Origin: an uncultured Thermoplasmatales archaeon
GTDB lineage: Archaea; Thermoplasmatota; E2; DHVEG-1
DNA length: 64,000 nt
NCBI GenBank assembly: GCA_964578185.1
Contig: CAZOBL010000001.1
Coordinates: 721-64,720, forward strand
Direction of reading: 5' to 3'
In this document: positions 50,518-59,976 of the stretch, piece by piece
Layout of the letters: each line of letters opens with the position of its first letter
Position numbering within the stretch: position 1 is the stretch's first letter
The notes under the pieces: model-generated
Database searches by the model: none
The model's input: only the letters and a program-made list of their open reading frames with translations
What the model was told of the DNA's origin: nothing
Made by a program: the position numbers and the translations under genes

Positions 50518-53500
50518 TTATAATTCTACAGGTCTAAGATATATCCTTGGAATTGGCTCTGGTGGTAAAATATCCGGTTGTGTTGGAACATCTGTATTTA
50601 GCCATTCTTTACACCATATAAATGGGTAAGGAAATACGGGATATCTATCCTGGCTTTGATTTTTTTGTCCTTCAGGTCCTGAAATATTGTATGGAACATC
50701 CCCAATTTCAAGCCAATCATAACGCTGCGGACCTTCTGGCTCAGGCATTATTGTTTCACCCGTCGTCATATTAATCATAATCCATTCGGGCATTTCAACT
50801 GAGGGCAAGTCATTTGGATCAACCACCGTACCGTTGTTTAATAGATTAGTTATATAATACTGCCAGTTGTAGTCACTCCAGTAGTTACCTGCACCTTTCT
50901 TATCATTTGCAGTACCCCAGATATGTGTTTTTTCATAGTATTCTCCATCATCATCCCACATTGTTTTTACACCCGCATCATAAGCTGTTATTCTTGTATC
51001 ATTGTTTAGCCAATCAATCCAGCCTGCTACCTCTGTTTGAGCGTTGTTTATCATATCTATGTAGAACTGTCTGCTAAATTTGAAGATATTATTGTATCTT
51101 ATGAGATTTGAATAGGATCCTTCAGATACATATATACCACAAATTGTATGGTTTATCAGTGATGACATGGTAAGTAAGTTGTTTGATGAATGATCAAATA
51201 ATACACCAACTGGGTTTTCCCAAATCAAAGATTTCCATATTGTTACATTATTTGAATTAAAAATATGAATACCGTAATCTTTTGCTCTTTTTACAATGGT
51301 TCTGTAAATCATTATATCTTCTGAGTTTTGTATAGTTACACCGGTCGTTGAGCTTGGGCCTTTTATGTTAAATGATGTATAATCTGAGAGAGGAGCATTA
51401 ATGATGCAGTCTTTTATGGCATTTAATTCCGAGTTTTGTACAAATATTGGGTAGTTGTTATTATTGAAATATGAGTTTTTAGGTCTTGGTGAACCTTGAG
51501 GTGTATCTCCAGATGGTGTTGGTTTCATTGTGTATCCTGGTGTTGTTGCACTTTCAGATATTGGTAGAGTTATACCCGGTTCATAATTTCCTTCTAAGTT
51601 AAAGTAGAATATTGCGTTTTCTGCTCCTATAATTGTATATGCTGTATTTAATAAATGTACACCATATGTGTTATAACTAAAGTTTGTGTAGGTTATAACA
51701 TTTGAATCATGTGATGTTATAGCTGATCTTTTTTCAGGGCCAGACCCTGGATCTTTCTTTTCTACATTTTTAACTAACATGGCTTTGTTATTATCATTGA
51801 TGATACAATGTGTTACTCTATTAGCAGTTGAGTTGTCAATAGTTACTCCGATGTTATGATTATCTATTTCGCATGCTTTTATTGTATTAGCATTTGAGTT
51901 CAATATAGATATGGCTTCTCCATATCTTGTTTTAAAATTTTGGGTAAAAATACATGAGTTGATTTCATTATCATTTGAGTTTGACATTAATATTACTGCA
52001 TTTTGAGTATCGGATATTTCACAATTTTGTATTGTATTGTTGGAGCTTGTATCAGCTTTTACACCAATAATATTAGAAGATATGCTACAATCTTTTATCG
52101 TTGTGTGATCATTATCAGTTTCTACTGATATTTCATCTCCAATGATATTTAAATGCTGTATTGTAACGTTTGGTGCTGTAATCTTTATGGTTGTTGGGCT
52201 TGTCGGGTCTGCTGTTCCATCTATTGTTGCACCACCAAAAGTTATTTTTTCATGGGTTGTTGAATACCCTTCACTAACTGATATCATATCTATTGATTTG
52301 TCAATTACTATATCTTCATTGTAGTTACCATCTAAAACTACGATAAGTCCGTCTTCATTTGGTACATTTGGCGAGTCTATTGCATCCTGAATGTTGTTAA
52401 ATCTTCTCTCTCCAAATTTTGGAGTGTTGCCATCATTACTGAAATCATTATCAACGATTGCATCTGCAACAATAATATAGCGTACTCCTGTTACAGTATC
52501 TCTTTTGTTTATATCTTTATCTCCATCATCATCGGTTGTTGTAAAAGTTGGCGTGTAAAAACCACTTTTTCTATAGTCATAATTATAGTCTGAATATCCA
52601 TATGTTCTTCTACCATCATCAAAATCGTATTTCCAACCGATGACCTCGCCATCTAAATCGTGTGCGTTTCCATCAAAGGAGATTTGTTCATCTACAGCTT
52701 TTACTAGGGGATTAACACTGAAATTTGAGTATGGTGGAACATTAAGAACTCTAATACTTTGATATGCTGTATCATATATATCACCCCAACCAGCTGATGT
52801 AAGTTTTACGAAATATACACCGTCATCAGCATATTTATGGCTTACATATTGTCCAGAGGCACCACCGCCATCTCCAAACGTCCATGAATGAGCCAGATCT
52901 TCAAAATCAAAACATGGTGGATCTGAGCCTGTTGCTCTAAATGGTAGTGAGCATATATCAAAAGCACATTTTGGTCCTAGTATATTTGTGTCAAGTCGAG
53001 TCCATCTTAAGTTAACCGGCCATGAATTGCTTTCATATCCTTCGCTATCCTCAATTTTTACAAAAAGTATATAGCTACCTGTAACTTTTCCTGGTTCAGG
53101 ATTGGAGATATGAATAGGTTTGCTATCCCATACATTGGTATCTGATGGTTTTATAGATCTCCAGTCATTCCAACCTGCTAATTTATACCAGTAATGTGAT
53201 GGTTCGTAAGTACTTCTTGCTGCATGAACATACACATTAATTCGTTCGTTTGGTCTCGCCTCCCCACAACTATTACCTGGGCCTCCTGCAGCTACACTAA
53301 GTATGGAAGGTGGTTCATAATCAATTTCTTCAACAAATACTATATCAGTATCAGAGTTTGTTTCCCCCCCGATAGTTACAGTAAGTGTTACCTTATACCC
53401 ATCCTCATCCGATGGTGGTGTTGATTCATAGATATGTACCGGATTTAAACCACAATTATTACATGTTTCGCCATCTCCGAAATCCCATGAAATAGAAGGA

Positions 53501-56500
53501 ATACCTTCACCATCGTAATCTTTAATTGAACCATGAAACTGAATTTCATCACCGACTTTGTAGGCTTGAGAGTTATTATCATAAGGTCCACCTGCATCGA
53601 CACTAAAAGAGTGAACTGTTATAACAATTGAGTTAAACTCAGATTCACAACCATAATTTATAGTCGCAGTATATACGCCAGGGTCATCATACTCATGAGT
53701 TACCCCACCAGATGTACCATCACCATAGTCAATTGTAAAAGAATTACAAGACCCATAAGTATTCACTATAAAATTAACCGTCTCACCTATATTAACATTA
53801 GTTTCTTCTGCATCTATTGTGGCTCCACTAATAGTTATGAAACCATCTAGTCTCTCTGAGTCTTGCTCTTTTAACTCATCGCCGATAAAAATGCTTACTG
53901 TAAACTCAGCGATATATTCACCAGGTCTAACAAGGCCCCCCGGAATTGTTTGCTGCTCAGTTTCAGTAAATTCTTTATTGAATTCTTTACCGTTATCATT
54001 CATTGGATAAAGTGCCCATGTATACTTAGTTTGTGCACTTGGATTATTTTCATAGCATCCTTCTTCTGAATAACCGGATAATACCAAGTCTTCACAAACA
54101 CCCACAACACCTACTCCAGATCCAGGATGGGCTTTTAAACTTGTGATATTTATATGATGATCAGCGGTTACCTCATTTCCACTTGAGTCAGTTACTTTTA
54201 AAATTACTTGATGGTGTATACATGTACCTTCATTTTTTGGATATGTATGACAGACGTTTCTACCTTCATCATCTTTTTGAAAACCATCATCAGTTTCACC
54301 ATTGAAATCCCATTCAAATGTATAATCTCCATCACCGCCGATTGCAGCACCATGGAAACATACTTCTTCTCCAGCATTAGCCCACTGTGGACCCTCGATA
54401 AATGCCTGCATTTCACCTGTACCAATAGGCCATAGTTGAATCCAGCTTTCTACACTAGATTTAGTGAAGTAAACAAAACTTGGAACTAACTCTAAACCAT
54501 TTACAACTGATATATTCTTTAGACCTTGTTCCCATTCAATACGGAATGTACCAGAGGTTGCTCCATTTTGTAGTTTTAAACCACAGCCGTTTAAAACACC
54601 TTCAATGCTATAGTAATTAAATCCTGATACGGTATTTTCTATATAACGAATGTTTGAGTTTAAATCAGCTTCAGCATTGAGTTGTCCCCCACCTGTTGAA
54701 AAACCTACATCAACAGATATATGATAGTTAGATGTCCCTACATTTATACTTACTGAAGCATCACTGCTACCATCTACATGAAATACATTGATACCGCCTG
54801 AGCTTTCTAAATACACAGTGACTGAACCTCTTAGATGGCCCTCCAAATCTATATAATCATATGTTTTTCCAAACAATGTAAACGAGCCATCTGGTATTGA
54901 AATTGCAGGTGTTTTGTCATTTATTTTCTCAAATTGAATACCGGTCCGACTTGGGTTATTTTTATAATTCTTGATTTTTACATCTGAGATAGTTAAGGAT
55001 AATGCTTCAAATAGAGTTTCTCCATTTTGTGAAACTCTGAAGACGTCAAAATTGAAACCACCGTTAACTTTCATGTAGCTTTCACTTTGAGAAAGTGTAA
55101 TAACTGTATATTCTGTGGCAGTTATACTTCCCACTTCTAATCTTACATTGTTTATGTCAATATCTAATTCTGCGTTGAAATCTTCAAAGGTAAAAGTTTT
55201 TGTATCACCTTGGAGGTTGGACCAGCCTATATAACTACCCGCAGATAATACGAGACTCGTCTGAATGTATAACGAACCAATTGATATTCCACTACCGGAA
55301 ATTGTGAAACCTGAACTAGTTTCTATATATCCATTTGATGATAGACCAACTGTTATATCACCAGAACCAGTGATAGAACCTTCAGATGAAAAAGTTTTAA
55401 AGCACGCTATATAAATCTCAAGATTTGCAGTAACTGAAAAACCTGTTAATGAGATTTCTATACGATCTGATAGTTTTTTAAACGCGCCATAACCATCTAT
55501 TGTTATTACACCAGATAAAGAAACTAATTTGAAATCCGATGATATAAGTGATATTTTTCCAGATAACTGAAAACCTGTGGCATCTATAGACCAACCAGGC
55601 TTTAAGGATTCAAGATAAACTTCACCATCAAGTCCGATACTTCCTTCGATCTCTAAGACACCTATCTTTATAGGTATAGAACTACCAAGACTTAATGAAA
55701 AATCACCCTCCAAATAAACTGAGTTAATATTTTCAAGAGTTCCATCCCAAGTCATAAGTAGATCTCCTTCAATTGCTGCTGTAACATCTTTAAATATCTC
55801 GCTTCCCCCTAACTCCATTGTAAGATCTATCGCATCAACATCAATATCAACAATATTCAACTGCTTAGCTGCAAAATCAATCTTAAGATCTCCATATAAT
55901 TCTATAAACGAACAAGTTACTTTACCAAAACCAGCGGCTTCAAAATTGAGACTTGAGATAGTGCCAGTACCATTAATTCTGATTTTCCAATCTGGTGATA
56001 TGTCAAGGGACAATTCAGCATTCGCAGAAATAGAACCAGTAAGAGATATACCCATTAATGTTGCATCAAAGGATGCATCTAAACCAATGATATCTATCAT
56101 ATCAAAACTGGCATCAACTGTAACTTTTTTACCTTGTATTTCTAAATTCCCGGAACCTGTAGCTGTAATTGAATCCCAATCAAGTGATACTTGTGCGGCT
56201 GGTGCTTCGAGATATAAATCAAATGAGTCGATACTAGCATCGCCAGAGAAAACTATATCAATATTCTGAAATTGCATATCTGTTTGAATATCTAATGAAC
56301 TACCGTCAAGGTTGAATATTCCATCTAATTCGACATGTATAGCACCTGGGATATCAGCAAGTAGATTTTCGATTTCTAAATAGGATCCACCTGCAGAAAC
56401 AGATATGGTAGCTCCAAGTGTAATAACCACAGGGCCGTTTAGTGATATAAGATCTGCACCTAAATAAAAGCCATCTGATGTAAAAGAAAATTCTGAAAGT

Positions 56501-59500
56501 TCAAGAGTGCCTACACCAACAGATACTGATCCTGAAAAAATATTTATCCCTGCACTTATAGTAGTAGATGCAAAGTCGCATTCAAATTGAGCGTTTAAAA
56601 TGGTTGTATCAGCATCTATATATAACTCATTCAACCATATTGTTCCACCTAGCAGAACTTCACCAGATGTTAAATCAATACCTCCTCCGCCTATGATCTG
56701 TATGTAATCAATCTCTACAAGGATTTCATTTATAAATGGTATTATATCTTCTCCTTCAGAGTCTCTAAGATACAGATAGAAATCTCCAATTATAAATTCT
56801 CCATTTCCTGCAGCATTAACATTAAATGAGTTGTAACTACCTGTTTTTATATTTACTTGTAGATCTCCTGAAAGCTGGAAATCCCCCTCAAGGTTTACAA
56901 ATAGAGAGCTTCCACTGCTTCCTCCGCTGCCACCGGAGCCTCCACCACCGGAACCGCCTCCAGACCCGCCGTCATCTGAGTTGCTACCCGGTAATGCTAT
57001 TGAAAAGTCTTGCACATCAGCAGAAAGTGTAATTGAAAAACTTGGGATACCAAAAGAAATATCGGTGTACATATAGCCTGCACTCCATGCAGGTGGTGTA
57101 TTTATTGAACTATAATAAAACAAAAACCCTGTTAATACAATAGTAACTGTTCCAGAACCGTCAACTGTGAGTTCTCCATCAAATACTTTAATATTTGCTG
57201 AGCCGCCTGCTGATATATCAAGTGAATCCCATGAAAGACTTACATGTTTATTTGCAGCATTGTCATCATACATGAATACTACATCTGAGAGTATTACTGA
57301 TCCTTCGATTGATATGTCTACTTCGAAGTCTTCAAGGCTTGTAAAATCTAATTCAAAACCATTATCAGCGTTTGATAAATCAAAGCTGCCGTTAACCATG
57401 AAATATAAGTCGCTAGTAGGTGATATACTACATTCAGTAAGCACTAGGCTGTCGACACTTGCGCTAACTTTTAGCTCTTCACCAAATGATATCCATAATT
57501 CGTTTTCAGCAATTAGGGTCAAATGTGAGATTCCAACCGTGAACTGTCCATTGTTTACATCAAGATAAAAGTCAGATAGATCAATACTAGTCATACCATT
57601 TGCAAATGATATATTTATATAGTCTTGACCAAATATTATTGTAGTATTTCTTCCTGATGTTATCTCAAGACAACCGTTTAGTAAAATTTGTGTACCCTGG
57701 AAATTTATTAAAAGATTTTCTAGTGTGATTGATCTAAATGCATCTGATATATCGATGTATCCATCTCCTATTTCTATATGACTATCTGATGTGAAATTGA
57801 TTTTATCTGCAGATATACTAATTGTATTTTCGATATCAAATATTAAATCGTCTATATTTATCTGTCTTTGAGAGTCTCTTGTCATATTTCCTGATACATA
57901 TACATATGGTGTATCTCCGGTTAGATCCCATTCTATATTTGCTTCTCCTGTAATTTCTTTGTATTTACCAGAGTAGAATGTACCCTGTATAGTTGCATTT
58001 TGGAAATTATTTAGATTTATTTGACCGTTTATTTCTCCAACTTTTAAGTTTCCACATAGAATTATATTTCCTTGTTCTCCTTGATGATTTAATATTAATG
58101 CACCAGGTCCATCGATTGAAAAATGATTGAAATCAAAAATTATTATATTATTTGGGGTAGTATTTGGATCTTCTATTTTTAGATAAAAGTCTACGAGGCT
58201 GAATTCTTGTGTTCCATCATGAGTGAAGCTTGTAGCGTTTATCTTTAGATAACCAGTGGTTAAATTCCACCATATATGAAGTGATTCTGTGCCGGTTTGT
58301 AAATATATAGTGCCTATTAATGTGACAAGTACTCCATCAATATCCAAAGTGGTATTGATTACAATATATCCGTTTCCACCTATAGCAATATGACCGGATT
58401 CAGGCACTATTGTTGCATCTCCTGAGCTTTCTGTTGGTGTTTTTGATACTGAATCGGATTTTAATCCTTCATTGTCACTTGTATCTACTGCAGATATCTG
58501 ATAAGTGTAGCTTACATCATTTGTTAAACCTGTATCAAGATATTCGGTGATATCTACTTCATCTATTGGATTGCCATCTCTATAAATTATATAATGGTCT
58601 ACTCCTACGTTATCTGTTGCAGCATTCCAACTTAGATATAGTTGCCCATCATGGGCATCCTCAACATTTAGGCCTGTTACCTTTGTTGGAGGTTGAGTAT
58701 CTTCTGGTTCCTCCTCAGTTGGAGTGCCACTTACAATAGACGAATTCTCACCAACATTCCCCGCTGCATCAACAGCACAAACCTGATAATCATAACTATC
58801 ACCATCAACCAAACCGGTATCCAAATACTCAGTAGCAGATACATCAACAACAAAAATACCATCACGATAAACACGATAATGATCTACACCAACATTATCA
58901 GATGCAGCATCCCAGGTCAAACTAAGCTTACCATCATGAAAATCTTCAACAGACAAACCAATAACTTGAGAGGGTGGTTGAGTATCCCCGCCAGGACTTT
59001 CAGTGGGTGTACCACTTTCTTCTAATGATTTTTGACCTTCATTGTCTGAGGTGTCAACTGCTGAAACTTGGTAAGTATAACTAACATCATTTGTTAATCC
59101 GGAATCTTGATAATTTAACCCAGATACATCAATAATAAACGAACCATTACGATATATTTTGTAATAGTCAACTCCCACGTTATCTGTGGCTGCATCCCAT
59201 GAAAGATCTAGTTTTCCGTCACGGGCATCTACAACAGAGAGACCAGTAACCTGAGTGGGAGGGATATTATCAACTACTGTTTCTGTTGGAGTGCCACTTA
59301 CAATAGACGAATTCTCACCAACATTCCCCGCTGCATCAACAGCACAAACCTGATAATCATAACTATCACCATCAACCAAACCGGTATCCAAATACTCAGT
59401 AGCAGATACATCAACAACAAAAATACCATCACGATAAACACGATAATGATCTACACCAACATTATCAGATGCAGCATCCCAGGTCAAACTAAGCTTACCA

Positions 59501-59955
59501 TCATGAAAATCTTCAACAGACAAACCAATAACTTGGGTGGGAGGTAATATATCTTCAGTTGGTTCATCTGAATCATGTGAGTCATTAAGCCAGTTTAGTA
59601 GATTTTGGAAAAACGTAAGATTTGCAAGCCGTGGAAATCTATCAAGCAACTTAATTAAAAGGTTGTATAAACTTAGTTTCAGCTTTGAAAGTATTGATTC
59701 GTCATTACTTGTTGTAATTTGTTTAGAGTTTTCAGATTCATCATTTGCCTCTTCATTTTTATCCTCCTCTGATGTATCTTCAGAAAAATCAACGTTTATA
59801 TTGTTTGATTCCTCAGAGTTAAATGGTATAGCTGAAGTGATAACACTTGAGCTAGCTGATATTAATAAGACCACTATAAGTATACTAGATAATTTATTAA
59901 TATTATTATATAATAGTGATTTTGCTGCGGGTTTTCTTTTAAATAATTTTCTCAT
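50518..59955 (-). CDS. Giant secreted surface protein B (3145 aa): signal/anchor, acidic low-complexity segment, 4x fibronectin-III repeats, beta-solenoid region with ~95-aa repeats and a Gly/Ser hinge, PKD domains, C-terminal right-handed parallel beta-helix
   Basis: Single ORF with a GGAGG RBS 10 nt upstream. Four FN3-like ~90-aa repeats are present (PPTQV.GLSVED..DGKLSLTWDAA.DNVGVDHY.VYRDG...). The hinge reads SDDGGSGGGSGGGGSGGSGGSSGSS (DNA ~56925-56995). PKD-like domains are present (EWDFNGETDDG...; GGETNSDTDI). The C-terminus carries a pectate-lyase/NosD-like repeat series (NIQDAIDS...VVLDGNYNEDIVIDKS; NSNDNEINSCIFTQN; SSNNLLTMS). Confidence 0.8.
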   Translation of the reverse strand: MRKLFKRKPAAKSLLYNNINKLSSILIVVLLISASSSVITSAIPFNSEESNNINVDFSEDTSEEDKNEEANDESENSKQITTSNDESILSKLKLSLYNLLIKLLDRFPRLANLTFFQNLLNWLNDSHDSDEPTEDILPPTQVIGLSVEDFHDGKLSLTWDAASDNVGVDHYRVYRDGIFVVDVSATEYLDTGLVDGDSYDYQVCAVDAAGNVGENSSIVSGTPTETVVDNIPPTQVTGLSVVDARDGKLDLSWDAATDNVGVDYYKIYRNGSFIIDVSGLNYQDSGLTNDVSYTYQVSAVDTSDNEGQKSLEESGTPTESPGGDTQPPSQVIGLSVEDFHDGKLSLTWDAASDNVGVDHYRVYRDGIFVVDVSATEYLDTGLVDGDSYDYQVCAVDAAGNVGENSSIVSGTPTEEEPEDTQPPTKVTGLNVEDAHDGQLYLSWNAATDNVGVDHYIIYRDGNPIDEVDITEYLDTGLTNDVSYTYQISAVDTSDNEGLKSDSVSKTPTESSGDATIVPESGHIAIGGNGYIVINTTLDIDGVLVTLIGTIYLQTGTESLHIWWNLTTGYLKINATSFTHDGTQEFSLVDFYLKIEDPNTTPNNIIIFDFNHFSIDGPGALILNHQGEQGNIILCGNLKVGEINGQINLNNFQNATIQGTFYSGKYKEITGEANIEWDLTGDTPYVYVSGNMTRDSQRQINIDDLIFDIENTISISADKINFTSDSHIEIGDGYIDISDAFRSITLENLLINFQGTQILLNGCLEITSGRNTTIIFGQDYINISFANGMTSIDLSDFYLDVNNGQFTVGISHLTLIAENELWISFGEELKVSASVDSLVLTECSISPTSDLYFMVNGSFDLSNADNGFELDFTSLEDFEVDISIEGSVILSDVVFMYDDNAANKHVSLSWDSLDISAGGSANIKVFDGELTVDGSGTVTIVLTGFLFYYSSINTPPAWSAGYMYTDISFGIPSFSITLSADVQDFSIALPGSNSDDGGSGGGSGGGGSGGSGGSSGSSLFVNLEGDFQLSGDLQVNIKTGSYNSFNVNAAGNGEFIIGDFYLYLRDSEGEDIIPFINEILVEIDYIQIIGGGGIDLTSGEVLLGGTIWLNELYIDADTTILNAQFECDFASTTISAGINIFSGSVSVGVGTLELSEFSFTSDGFYLGADLISLNGPVVITLGATISVSAGGSYLEIENLLADIPGAIHVELDGIFNLDGSSLDIQTDMQFQNIDIVFSGDASIDSFDLYLEAPAAQVSLDWDSITATGSGNLEIQGKKVTVDASFDMIDIIGLDASFDATLMGISLTGSISANAELSLDISPDWKIRINGTGTISSLNFEAAGFGKVTCSFIELYGDLKIDFAAKQLNIVDIDVDAIDLTMELGGSEIFKDVTAAIEGDLLMTWDGTLENINSVYLEGDFSLSLGSSIPIKIGVLEIEGSIGLDGEVYLESLKPGWSIDATGFQLSGKISLISSDFKLVSLSGVITIDGYGAFKKLSDRIEISLTGFSVTANLEIYIACFKTFSSEGSITGSGDITVGLSSNGYIETSSGFTISGSGISIGSLYIQTSLVLSAGSYIGWSNLQGDTKTFTFEDFNAELDIDINNVRLEVGSITATEYTVITLSQSESYMKVNGGFNFDVFRVSQNGETLFEALSLTISDVKIKNYKNNPSRTGIQFEKINDKTPAISIPDGSFTLFGKTYDYIDLEGHLRGSVTVYLESSGGINVFHVDGSSDASVSINVGTSNYHISVDVGFSTGGGQLNAEADLNSNIRYIENTVSGFNYYSIEGVLNGCGLKLQNGATSGTFRIEWEQGLKNISVVNGLELVPSFVYFTKSSVESWIQLWPIGTGEMQAFIEGPQWANAGEEVCFHGAAIGGDGDYTFEWDFNGETDDGFQKDDEGRNVCHTYPKNEGTCIHHQVILKVTDSSGNEVTADHHINITSLKAHPGSGVGVVGVCEDLVLSGYSEEGCYENNPSAQTKYTWALYPMNDNGKEFNKEFTETEQQTIPGGLVRPGEYIAEFTVSIFIGDELKEQDSERLDGFITISGATIDAEETNVNIGETVNFIVNTYGSCNSFTIDYGDGTSGGVTHEYDDPGVYTATINYGCESEFNSIVITVHSFSVDAGGPYDNNSQAYKVGDEIQFHGSIKDYDGEGIPSISWDFGDGETCNNCGLNPVHIYESTPPSDEDGYKVTLTVTIGGETNSDTDIVFVEEIDYEPPSILSVAAGGPGNSCGEARPNERINVYVHAARSTYEPSHYWYKLAGWNDWRSIKPSDTNVWDSKPIHISNPEPGKVTGSYILFVKIEDSEGYESNSWPVNLRWTRLDTNILGPKCAFDICSLPFRATGSDPPCFDFEDLAHSWTFGDGGGASGQYVSHKYADDGVYFVKLTSAGWGDIYDTAYQSIRVLNVPPYSNFSVNPLVKAVDEQISFDGNAHDLDGEVIGWKYDFDDGRRTYGYSDYNYDYRKSGFYTPTFTTTDDDGDKDINKRDTVTGVRYIIVADAIVDNDFSNDGNTPKFGERRFNNIQDAIDSPNVPNEDGLIVVLDGNYNEDIVIDKSIDMISVSEGYSTTHEKITFGGATIDGTADPTSPTTIKITAPNVTIQHLNIIGDEISVETDNDHTTIKDCSISSNIIGVKADTSSNNTIQNCEISDTQNAVILMSNSNDNEINSCIFTQNFKTRYGEAISILNSNANTIKACEIDNHNIGVTIDNSTANRVTHCIINDNNKAMLVKNVEKKDPGSGPEKRSAITSHDSNVITYTNFSYNTYGVHLLNTAYTIIGAENAIFYFNLEGNYEPGITLPISESATTPGYTMKPTPSGDTPQGSPRPKNSYFNNNNYPIFVQNSELNAIKDCIINAPLSDYTSFNIKGPSSTTGVTIQNSEDIMIYRTIVKRAKDYGIHIFNSNNVTIWKSLIWENPVGVLFDHSSNNLLTMSSLINHTICGIYVSEGSYSNLIRYNNIFKFSRQFYIDMINNAQTEVAGWIDWLNNDTRITAYDAGVKTMWDDDGEYYEKTHIWGTANDKKGAGNYWSDYNWQYYITNLLNNGTVVDPNDLPSVEMPEWIMINMTTGETIMPEPEGPQRYDWLEIGDVPYNISGPEGQKNQSQDRYPVFPYPFIWCKEWLNTDVPTQPDILPPEPIPRIYLRPVEL
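58718..58968. repeat. 251-bp perfect direct repeat, copy 1 (inside FN3 repeat 3 of giant B)
   Basis: Read from the sequence: gttggagtgccacttacaatagacgaattctcaccaac...caaaccaataacttg is identical to 59285..59535 at an offset of 567 bp. Confidence 0.85.
59285..59535. repeat. 251-bp perfect direct repeat, copy 2 (inside FN3 repeat 1 of giant B)
   Basis: Identical to 58718..58968. The flanking bases differ (ct|gttgg versus ca|gttgg; cttg|g versus cttg|a). Confidence 0.85.
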
Positions 59956-59976
59956 AATTTTTATGCCTCCAAAAAA
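59956..59976 (-). promoter_or_regulatory. Short intercistronic spacer carrying a GGAGG RBS between giant A and giant B, implying co-transcription
   Basis: On the minus strand the sequence reads ttaatttttt GGAGG cataaaaatt ATG (the giant B start). The giant A stop lies immediately upstream. Confidence 0.55.

Larger units (their letters stand above)
58450..59550 (-). repeat. Tandem array of four fibronectin type III-like coding repeats inside giant B
   Basis: The protein shows four ~90-aa repeats. Repeats 1 and 3 are identical in sequence, and repeats 2 and 4 have diverged. Confidence 0.7.
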
